Below, piece after piece: positions 1 to 10,840 of a stretch of 64,000 bases of DNA. The stretch's first letter is position 1. Each line of letters opens with the position of its first letter. Below the pieces are notes generated by a model. It saw only the letters and a list, made by a program, of their open reading frames with translations, ran no database searches and was not told the DNA's origin. Position numbers and translations under genes: made by a program. This DNA is from Chrysomallon squamiferum (Eukaryota; Animalia; Mollusca): the NCBI GenBank assembly GCA_012295275.1, contig CM022670.1, forward strand, positions 33,356,001 to 33,420,000. The letters run 5' to 3'.

Positions 1-312
1 GACTAGTGAACACTGCTCACAAAAATGACAAAATGACGAATGATCAAGAATCGTCCATCCATTTGATTGTTCTGTATAAAAGTCATATTAATAACACATC
101 AAAATGTGAACACTGGTTGTATTTTTGTGTTTCATTTGTTTATGAAAAGAAGAAAAATAACCAGCTGAACTGGGAGGTCAGAACAGAACTGATGAAAGAC
201 TTGTTTATCTTGACATAACTCTGACTTAAATTTTGAAGAAGTTAATTTTAGTTTGATATTGTAGACAAGTAAACACTAAGAGTTGTATAACATGATTCAA
301 ATTACAAATATA

Positions 313-425
313 ATGTAGCTCAGTATATGGGAGTATAGCACCAAGACTTAAGATCAATGCTTCAGAGTCTGACCATTAGACTATTTCCCATTCCATTCTA
401 AGCCACATAATTCACATATCAAGTC
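313..425 (+). mobile_element. Possible heavily decayed tRNA-derived SINE head
   Basis: A-box-like 'gtagctcagt' followed by 'gatcaat...cattagactatttcccattcca', loosely resembling a gastropod tRNA-SINE head as I recall it; not verified. Confidence 0.3.
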
Positions 426-587
426 AGATACCATATTGTTTCTTTTCTTATAAAAGCAAATACATGATAACTCATAATAAACCAGGCCATGTATGACTGG
501 GGGAAATAAAAGTACATTCATTTGTAAAAGTAATTAGAAAAGGTTAAGAAAGCATTTGATCCATTCAACTAAAATTCAAAGACCTTT

Positions 588-621
<34 letters not shown>

Positions 622-1239
622 ATTTTCATTTTGTTGGATATTTTGCAATTGTAGATTACATTGTTACTGACATCATGTGTATACACACACACACACACAT
701 ACACACATACACACATACACACATACACACACACACAGATACACACAATCATTTACTGATAATCAATAGGGAAATTCATGCAAGTGTTATAGTAGATTTC
801 CTCTTTCAAATGTTCAGCACCTAATAAACCATTCTAAGAAAAATATATTCAAGAGACGTGTTCATGACATTTATAATTGATCAGAATATAAAAGGAAGTC
901 CAGTGGTTCCATATGTTCTGCATTTTATGTCTAGGAAGTTAGAGAAGTCTTCTAGAAGCAATTTGCAAGAGCAGTTTTTTATATTTCAGTAATGAAACGT
1001 ACAAAGACTAAAAGTCAATACATTGATATACAGTACACTGAAAATGAAAAAAGAAATTAAAAAATTGGTTTTTAAATAGAAGCCACCTACACGTTCTCCA
1101 ATGTGTTCAAGACTGTTCTGTAGTAATATATAATATTATCATAGATAAATTTGCACTGAGCTGAGAGCATCATGCATAACTCAGTATCTGGATGCAGACT
1201 CTGTAAGTCTTAGCAAATAGTAAAAACAAAAATTTTATC

Positions 1240-1600
1240 AGTGCCTGTTAAAAACAATCTTACTCTTTATGATAATAATATAAATAACATCCTTACCTGA
1301 GCATGTTAATAATGATAAACAATTGCCAGTGCATTTTAATGATAATAATATAAATAACAATCTTACTATTGCATGTTAATGATGACAATGTCTTACCAGT
1401 GTGCTTGTTAACGATAAAGAGCTAAAAAGCAATATTGTTGATATATGTTAATGATTATAATTTTACAAAGGCAACTGCATATTTAACGATAGTAATATAA
1501 ATAATGACTGTATCCAGAGTAATTATGATAGTTAAATTAACCAGTGTTGTGAGTGCTTTTTTAATAACAATAATGTAAATGATAGCTAAGTCAGTGCATG
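1240..1600. repeat. Degenerate AT-rich minisatellite (atgataataatataaataaca...cttacc...gcatgttaat)
   Basis: Motif recurs several times, e.g. near 1269 and 1339. Confidence 0.6.
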
Positions 1601-1673
1601 TTAAATGTTAAAAATCACAGACAATTAACATTAGTATTATTATTCTTACTTAAATTTTTTTGTTATGTTTCAG

Positions 1674-1753
1674 GTGGAGAGCTGTTGCCAGATGTGGAGG
1701 CTGCAATTAAAGCTGTGTGGGAGCCTCTGGTTGGACCGGAATTTACTGTTGTG
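1674..1753 (+). CDS. MPDZ: MPDZ exon (linker before PDZ4): GELLPDVEAAIKAVWEPLVGPEFTVV
   Basis: tttcag| acceptor, GTG|gtaaga donor, phase 1 to 0; resembles the MPDZ W-x-x-x-x-G-P-x-x-x-I/V-V segment preceding PDZ4. Confidence 0.9.
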
Positions 1754-2473
1754 GTAAGAATTTAGTTCCTAAAGCTATTTAAAATAATAATATTTTAAAA
1801 TGTTGATCAGTGTGTACGTGTTTGTATTTGTGTGTGTGTGTGTGTGTGTGTGTTGGTTTTTGTTTTTGTTTTTTTTTTTTTCTGTACTCAAACAGTTCTA
1901 CAAATCTTATATTTCCTTCTTTCATTATTTATTTCTTATAAAAGTTGTATGATAAATATATTTATTAAATATTAATTTCTCACCCATAAGTTTATTTACT
2001 AATTGGGAAAGTCTCACAGAAAAGAAAGGACAAAATAAATAAAATAAAATTACGTGTGTGTGTGTATGGAATAACTTTATTAAGGTATCAGCTTTATCCT
2101 GTGAAAGTTAGAATGACTGAATACACAAAGCAGTTCGACCTGAGCCGGGTAGAGCTGTTATCTAAGAGTAACCAGTTATTTCTTTTATACTGCAAAAACT
2201 AAAAGAAATTAACACTTTTATTTCTAAACTCTCAAGACTAGTAGATTCATGCCTGTTGATTTCATTTTTGACTATAAAAACTTTACATATCGAAATGAAA
2301 TAGTTTTTAAATAACATAATTTTTAAATGAAAACTCTTAACAAAATGATTTTTTTAATATCTAATCTAGCAATTAAACATGAAACAAGTAATTTATTAAA
2401 GGAAAAATTGTTCCATCCCAAAAATATAGAAATGTATCTAGTTATCATATCTTGCCATTGTTAATACAGATTG

Positions 2474-3008
<535 letters not shown>

Positions 3009-4329
3009 TTTCTTTGAATAAGAGACATTCTTATTCTACTTCGTCTTTTCTGTTGTTTTTCAAATTACATTGCTTTCAAAATATGGATACTGAAGATTTT
3101 TTGTTTTCTTTCCATTATTATTTTATTTTATTTTATTTTTTTCTTCTAGGGTGAAATTTATTATTAACATTTTTTTTTTAATTATTAATATTATTTTATA
3201 TCTGTTGTTTATGCATAGAAACCTCATCAAAAACAACAGCAGACATGTTACTCAAGTCAATTTTTGTTCTTCTTGCTTGATATCATTTCTGGAGGATATC
3301 TCTAATTATGTATCATGTTCCTGACAGTGGTTTCATATCCATTTGTATCTTATGTTTTTGTAAATACAAGACAAATGCACTCTTTTATCTTTTCCTTCTT
3401 TTTTAAGATCATAGCTTTTGGTTTTATTGTTTATACCTAATGGAACCAGTTTTTAAATTTGTTTCCCTTTTATTAAAAAAAGAAGAAGAATTATCTTGAA
3501 AAATATTTTGTTGTGACTGAAACAATTATTATGATTAATGAAACAATCAATTTAATAAGTTGAAATTTATGTAATTTATTGCTGATGTTGAAAAAGTGTA
3601 ATATTTTATTCCTATTACTGCCCAAAATTCAGGAATTTATTTAATAATTTTTATTTTGTTTATTTTTTTCATTTTTTTCCATTTTGAAAATAAACTTATC
3701 TGTCCTCTTTTTTTTTTTCTCTCTCTTTATTTCCTTATTAAGAAAATCTCAATATTTTTCTTTTCTTTCTTTCTTTATTATTATTAGTATTGTTATAGAA
3801 ATAAACAATACAAATCAAATAATAATGATGATGATAATAATAGTATAATGGAAATTACTAGATATTCAATTTCATTATTCACTTTTATGAAGAAATAATT
3901 TATAATAACAATATATGGTATTTGATATTTGACTTAGCTTACTTTATTGTTGCAATTTAATTACATCTGAATCCTTATAGTAAACATATGCATTAAAACT
4001 GATTAAATCATGCAAAAGAAACAAAATTAATTTTAATTTTTAAAATTTAATACATTCTTTAAAATGAGAAAATTCAGTTGAATTGTAATTTTAATTTCAC
4101 TGTATAAAAGCCATCCATCAAATTCTTTTCAGCAAAGAATGTTAACTGAAAGGTAAAACTGACATTTGTCATTGACAAATGAAAGTTAATAAATGATTCA
4201 GCCTTTACTTTTTCTTTTTCATTTATTTTTTCCACTGCATGTTCATTATATTGCAGTGGTTTAAACAGAATTTCCTTTAACTGAATTTTATTAATTACTT
4301 CCAGTGTTATTGGTCATTGACCTGTCTGA

Positions 4330-5110
4330 TTGCAGATTATAAGCTTTTTCTCCAAGTTATTGACACGTTCAGTCAAGCATTGTTTTACATGTTTTATTTC
4401 CTTTAGACATTTGATTGATTTCAGTAGGTCAATCCAATTTGTGACATTTGGTAATTTGTGGCTGTCATGCACTTACGAAATCTAGGTTAATATTCCATTA
4501 CAGTCCTTTTATTAAAGTTAACGCTACATGTTCTTTTACAAATACACACATTTACTGTATAGACCTTTTCTACAAGTTACTGACACATTCAGTCCTGCAC
4601 TGTTTTCTAGGTTTTGTTTCCTTTTGACATTTGATCTGTTATTGTAGGTCAGTTCAGTTTATTACTTTTTGTTATTTTTGTATATTATATATTTCAGAGA
4701 TGCATTAAAAAAAGTATATATGTTCTATTAAATTTGCACTGTGTGCACCTTTACAATTTCAAAACCTTTGCATCATAAGCTATTTTGATGCCTGACTCTT
4801 CAGTTAGACATTGTTTTCTAGGTTTTATTTTCTTTTGACATTTGATTGATTACTGTAGGTCAGTTAAGTTTATTACTTTTGATTAATTTTTGGTATTATA
4901 TACTTCACAGCTGCATTAAAAAAATATTCAGTTTGAATTCTGTTATTGAAATTCACAGTACATGCACCTCTCCAAATAAAAAAAATGTAAGCTATTTGTA
5001 CAAGTTAGTGACAAATTCAGTCAAGCATTGTTTTGTAGGTTTTATTTACTTGAGACATTTGATTGATTACAGCAGGTCAAACCAATTTATTCATCTAATT
5101 TAATACTTTG
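4330..5110. repeat. Four diverged tandem copies of an approx. 215-bp unit (core ttcagtcaagcattgttttctaggttttatttccttttgacatttgattgattactgtaggtca)
   Basis: Core recurs near 4368, 4587, 4799 and 5016. Confidence 0.85.
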
Positions 5111-5339
5111 GATTCTTTCAGACTTCAGAGGTTCATAAAAAAAATATTTTGTAAATGAACTGTTTTTTATTAAAAGTTTCAAAGTAAGCAGTTCAGCATA
5201 TTACAGGGTTTAAAACATGGTCTTTATGTCTTATAGTTCAACAAATCTGATGCTAAAGTAGTGAATTTCAGGTATTACTCTGATCATGCTAACTGTCATG
5301 AAAATGCAAAAACAGAATTAAATAAAAATTCACACTTGT

Positions 5340-5730
5340 TTTATATCTAAAATTCATAGCAATTATATTATATTAAAATTGTTTTAAAATTCATAAAACC
5401 TCTACCATTGATTTGTTCATGTTCATTTTTGTTTGGAATCAAGATATTTGAATCAACAGCTAGATGAAAAAATCTGATTACTACTTAATGAATATATGAG
5501 ATTTTTCTTTGTTTTGGTATTATTATATAAAATTGTTTTAAAAATCATCTATCAACTTTTAAAACAATTTTCTTTTTCCATGTTCCTATTTTTTTAAGTG
5601 TACCAAAATTTGAGAACCAATATCATTGTAATATGAATTTCAAGAAGATAGTTCAGTTTTGATATTATTATGTAAAAGTTGTTTTAAAATTAACACACTT
5701 CTATCACTTATTTGTTCATGTTCCACTTAT
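5340..5730. repeat. Three diverged copies of an approx. 150-bp unit (aaaattgttttaaaat...ttgttcatgttc)
   Basis: Motif recurs near 5375, 5530 and 5676. Confidence 0.6.
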
Positions 5731-6872
5731 TTTCATCAGTACTTGCACCCAAAATCAATCTTCACTGCAACATGATGAATTTCCTACTGATTGTTCATTG
5801 TTTTGTTGTTGCTGGGATGCCAGATATTTGTGTCAGATGCTGCTATCAGCATGGTTCCTGAGTTCTTGTTAGTCCAACAATTAAATGTCACGACTTGTCG
5901 AAGATTTTTATTTGACCAGGTCTGTTGAAAAGCTGCAACAACAAATTTATTCATTCTTTGCCTAGTCTGATCCAGACAGAGAATATTTCCATTTCCTCTT
6001 GTTAGCCCAGAATGTTGACATGGAAAACAGAATCCTGACAAAGCCATTGACATCACATATTGGCCATACTTGCTCTGTTGACTTTCTGGATGGTGCACAG
6101 AACTGAAGATCAATTTCTGAAAAATGATTTGATATGCCACAATCATTGATGTTATTTCAAAATTGGCATTTTTGTCATTTTATCACATTCTGTTTGTCTG
6201 CTCATTTTAATAGTGAATCAATGGAAAATGTCTTCGTTGTAAAAAATTGTCACTTTAGCTAATGGTAATATAATGTTGTATGTCATTAATGTATTACCAA
6301 TGCCAATGAGTTGCAATCCAATAGTTTTCATTGTGAGTTTTAGAAAAGCATTGAAATTTGCATTGACTTACAGTTACTCCTAGCATAATGGCCACTGTGT
6401 TAAAAAGCCATATTTTTATCCATCAATCTCTAATATTGTGAAAAGAGGCCATGTTTTGTCTTTAGTTATAGATTATCAAAATGTACCATTACTAAGATAA
6501 AACAGATATAGATTTTAAAATCCTTTTTTAATGTTTTGTTGCTGTGACTGTTTGTTTGTTGTTTTTCTTTTTTAAGAAATAATTATTGATGTTACCATAA
6601 CTCAAAATGTTACAAATAATGATTGGCTTTAATATTACATTCAACCATGAAATGACAAAATTTTTGTTATAAAATGTTAGCAGTGTAATCTGCTAGAGAG
6701 AGAGAGAAGAATGCAAATTCATATGATTAGAAATGTATCCCATAATTATCTTTGATTTAGCTATGAAACTATATTGCACTGCAGTTGGGACAAAAAATAA
6801 TGATTACGTCTGATAGTTTCATTATAAATTTCTGTATACTTTTACTGTTTAATATATTTATTATTTTATCAG

Positions 6873-7046
6873 GTTGCTCAGCTGTCTAAGTTTAAAGAAG
6901 GTGGTGGCTTAGGAATTAGTCTTGAAGGGACAGTTGATGTGGAGAATGGTGTGGAGGTTCGGCCACATCACTACATACGCTCAATATTACCAGACGGACC
7001 TGTTGGTCTTAATGGACGTCTAGTTAGCAGTGATGAGCTTCTTGAG
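6873..7046 (+). CDS. MPDZ: MPDZ exon, PDZ4 N-part: VAQLSKFKEGGGLGISLEGTVDVENGVEVRPHHYIRSILPDGPVGLNGRLVSSDELLE
   Basis: ttatcag| acceptor, GAG|gttcga donor, 174 nt, phase 0-0; GLGI carboxylate-binding loop. Confidence 0.95.
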
Positions 7047-7520
7047 GTTCGATATGCAGCAGTTTAAAATAATAATTGATTTTTTTCTGTTGAAAATATC
7101 TGAGATTTCATCACAAGCAAGTTTTTGCAAATTATTAAATAATGTCAAAATGTAAACTATAAATTACTTTTCCTCTTTTTTTTTTTTAATTTAAGAAATG
7201 AAAAAAAATATGTCAAAATGAATTCTGTTCTTTCTCCAAGCTTATTTTCAAATAACCTTATGATACATGATGAACCTTACAAGAGTAGATTTTATATTTT
7301 GTGTGAATTTAAATGAAAAAAAAAAGCTTTTAAAATTTAAAATCTTTATAATACTTTATCTCTCTCTAATTCTTGTACTATTCAATATTAATGATTTAAA
7401 TGTGAGCAATAAATTGTTGACTGAATTAAAGCTGAAATTATGTATTTATTGAAAATGGTTTTATAATAAAAAAAAAACATTAACAAAATATATATATATG
7501 TTTTCCTTCTAATTGTTCAG

Positions 7521-7895
7521 GTTAATGGTAAGCGTTTATTAGGCTTGAATCATGTGGAAGTGGTGAACATCTTGAAAGAATTGCCTCAGCATGTTCGTCT
7601 TGTTTGTGCTCACAGGAAGGTCCAGCCTTCTGAAATCTATGCAGCCCAAGATACCCAGTTCCCTACTTCTGTGTACAACACAGGTGTCCACACCTCTGCT
7701 GACCGCCTTGTCAAGGCCAAATCTGAAATGGCCCTGTCAACAACTGAACACACTGTTATACAAAATGCCCTCAACAAATCCAAGTCACGTTCACTGGAAC
7801 CACTGGCAGGAATGGCCATGTGGAGTTCTGAACCAGTTGTGATTGAACTGCAAAAGGGTGATCAAGGTCTTGGCTTCAGTATATTGGATTATCAG
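7521..7895 (+). CDS. MPDZ: MPDZ exon, PDZ4 C-part to PDZ5 start (VNGKRLLGLNHVEVVNILKELP...GLGFSILDYQ)
   Basis: gttcag| acceptor, CAG|gtttgt donor, 375 nt, phase 0-0; overlaps ORF 7545..7907. Confidence 0.95.
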
Positions 7896-8054
7896 GTTTG
7901 TTTTTAAAGATGTGTGGGCCTGTTCTGATTTGGTATGGCAAATGCTTGTGTGTTTTTCAAGCTATGTATTTATGTTGCAATATAGTGTGTAATACAGTGG
8001 ATACATGAGCATGTGAAAATATTTTAACTAATTTTGGTCTTTTTTTCATCAGAT

Positions 8055-8126
8055 TTTCTAAAGTCTACATTTATTATATTTTTGAAATGATCCAGTCAAC
8101 CCATATGAAACCGTAATTGTTATTAG
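8055..8126 (+). pseudogene. Decayed partial duplicate of the 3' splice site and 5' end of the PDZ5 exon
   Basis: gatccagtcaacccatatgaaaccgtaattgttattag (8089) versus gatccagtgaacccaaatgaaactgtaatagttattag (8226); acceptor aag changed to aat. Confidence 0.85.
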
Positions 8127-8225
8127 CATGGAGATTACTTATATAAACTTGTAACAACCTCTTTTCCCTGATTTTAAGATTTTTTATCAAACTTTTAAAG
8201 CTGTGCATTTATTATCTTTTTCAAG

Positions 8226-8465
8226 GATCCAGTGAACCCAAATGAAACTGTAATAGTTATTAGAAGTTTGGTACCGAAAGGTGTTGCTCAGCAGGATGGT
8301 CGGCTGGTGCCAGGAGATCGGCTCATCTTTGTCAATGACATCAACGTGGAACATGCTACACTGAACGAAGCAGTTCAGGCACTTAAGGGAGCCCCACGAG
8401 GAATGGTCAGAATTGGAGTTGCAAAGCCTCTGCCTCTTACAGAATCTTTCAAAGATGAAACTCAG
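8226..8465 (+). CDS. MPDZ: MPDZ exon, PDZ5 (DPVNPNETVIVIRSLVPKGVAQQDGRLVPGDRLIFVND...GVAKPLP...ETQ)
   Basis: ttttcaag| acceptor, CAG|gtatgt donor, 240 nt, phase 0-0. Confidence 0.95.
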
Positions 8466-9702
8466 GTATGTTGTGTTCTGAACTTTAAGTAAAGAGCATT
8501 TTTGTAACTAAAATTTCACATTTTGTTTTCAGATTAAGCATTAATATATTTATGGTTCTTTCTTCAGTAGTTGTGTGATGCATTAGTTCTTTGATTACAG
8601 AGACAGTTCAGAATTTGTGTTGTTCAGAGATATAAACAGGTTGCAGTTGTGTATTAGGACTAACAGTAGTAATGGTTGCTGAAGGAAATGGATGGGAGAC
8701 AACTTGTGCAACCACCATTCTCTGACAGAAAGTTCCTGTAAATGAAATGTTCTTCTTTTTCTTTCTCTAACTGACTTTTTTATTTTTATTCAAATTAACT
8801 CAAACTGAGTTAACTATGGCACTTAAAATTTCAGTTGTCTTTAATTCCAACAAAGTATTTTAACTTTTAATGTATTAACGTCATTAGATAAATTATTGAC
8901 CCAGTAGACACATGACAGTTAGAGTTGTATCCCTTTGTTTGGGAAACCATAATGGATACACAACTAATTTTTTGAATCATGACTATGGTGAAATAAACAC
9001 AACCCATATATATTGTAATGATTCTAAAAGTAAACCACAAATTCAAAATATTTAAAACAGATTGTTTACTTAAAAATTAACAAACAAAAAATAAAACAAC
9101 AATAAAAAATCATTTTCCATAACATATTCCCATCATGAAATAAGAATTGTTCATGTTACATCACTGGTTCCTTTACTATTGGCTTGCTTTGCATTTTGTA
9201 TTTTATTTTTAGTTTGTTAATTTGATAAAAGCATTATCTAGGTGTTGCTGAATATTTATTTTCCTTGCAAATAATTTGTTTTGTTTCATTAACAGTTTCA
9301 GATGTTTGATTTCAGTAAGTTATAAAATGTGATAAGGCTTGTTAAAGTAGAAAATAACAGCATTTTTGATTTGTGAAGAAAAAATTGGATTGTTCTAATA
9401 AAATGAAACCCTCTAATTTAAGCTGGTATTAATTCAGAAAATTATTTGTAACTGACCTAGATAGTGTTTAATTTAATTTTAATCTATAGACTTTTGTTCA
9501 ACACATTTACTGTGCACATTATTTAATGCTTTTATTTATTTATTTATTTTGTTAATTTGTTATGCAGCTATTATTTTCAGTTGCTCATTTTATGATTTAG
9601 TTTACAGCTTTTTTTTATTTTTTGTTTAAAACTCCCAAGGCTTTTTTCCTTTTGTTTTTAATTGGTGTATAAATTGACTGTTGCTTCTTTTAACTTCCCC
9701 AG

Positions 9703-10289
9703 CCATCGCTGTTTTCCACTCAACCTCTCCCTGATCTGTCAGCTTCTGCAACTTATGTCCAAGACTCACAGTTCACAGATGAACTTCCTGAATCCACCTC
9801 AATTACCATTAACAATCAGGAGACCAAATTAAATCAGTCCATTTCATCATCGTCATCAGGTGACACTGGACTGAAACGTAAAGACAGTTTTTATGAAAGT
9901 GATGAAGATGAGATAAAAACTCCGCGAAAATCAACTCCTCAGAAATCACCCAAAAGGTAGAATCTCCTCCATCATATCATGATGTTTCTGATGGAGGGCT
10001 CCTCATCAAGGAGTCGTATATGTTGCCAAAACAGCAGCATGACCAGAATGACGTTGTTGCTGCTGACCGTCTAGAGATGGTGCACATGGAAATGAGTGCT
10101 GCAGCACCGCTGCCGAGCTACGAGGAGGCGACTCAGAGTCACTCCGAGACGAGGGTGACTCTGGGTGATAATTTAGTCGAGGTGGCACCTCCCGTACCAC
10201 CAAGAACTGAGTCACATGGTGCTATGGAAATAGACACTGAGGTTATTCCTGAAAGATCACTGGAGCATTCTGATGCAGATTCTGATGAG
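9703..10289 (+). CDS. MPDZ: MPDZ linker exon, Ser/Pro/acidic, with an internal frame break near 9952-9960 (PSLFSTQP...KSPK / KVESPPSYHD...DADSDE)
   Basis: cttccccag| acceptor and GAG|gtatac donor both phase 0, but length 587 nt (3n+2). Frame 1 is open 9703-9957 then TAG; frame 3 is open 9912-10304. Both parts are GC-richer than the introns and protein-like. Confidence 0.7.
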
Positions 10290-10339
10290 GTATACGCATG
10301 TTAATTAGTTCATGATATTTCATACAAGCCTCAAGATAG

Positions 10340-10378
<39 letters not shown>

Positions 10379-10709
10379 TAATTTATTTATTTAAAAAAGA
10401 TTTATTTTTTCTGAAGTATAGTCACTATAGTCACTTTTTTGTAATAGAATTTATAGCTCTTTAGAGTTGAACAATTGTCTTGTGTTGTTCTTGTTTTTTT
10501 TTTGGGGGAGTTTTGTTTTTGGAATCACTTTGCATTAGACATTTAGTAATAATTTTTTTTTTTTTTTTTTTTTACATGAGATATTTACTACATTTAGTTC
10601 CTAGTGACTTATTGAACTTAATAATTTAAAATATGCATCACAGCCATTTTAGTTTTATTTAGCTTGCTCTGTATTATATATTGCTTTTGGAATGTTTCAT
10701 AGCCATATG

Positions 10710-10840
10710 AATTTTACTAACATCAAACCTAGCTCTTTAGATTAACAGCATACCTGCATGATTAAGTCTGAACTAGCAGTTATTAACAGAATGTTTCAGA
10801 ATGGGCATGATAGCATACCTGCAGTTTATCATAGCATGCA
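10710..10840 (+). promoter_or_regulatory. Cluster of Rbfox (T)GCATG and QKI/HOW ACTAAC-type motifs downstream of exon 9703..10289
   Basis: ACTAAC 10716, TGCATG 10755, GCATG 10805 and 10834, ATTAAC 10741 and 10782. Confidence 0.45.

Noticed and set aside
5784-6146. Minus-strand 120-aa ORF in a GC-richer patch
   Set aside because: No recognisable domain, non-ATG start, no splice partners; probably a decayed repeat.
9949-9955. Canonical slippery heptamer C_CCA_AAA
   Set aside because: It is in the wrong register: it would shift frame 2 into frame 1, and frame 2 is closed upstream (TAA 9914-9916), so it cannot explain the observed frame 1 to frame 3 break.
9958-10074. Stop-codon readthrough of TAG 9958, or a 54-nt intron 9957..10010
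   Set aside because: Both stay in frame 1, which hits TAG at 10072-10074 and does not match the phase-0 donor at 10289.
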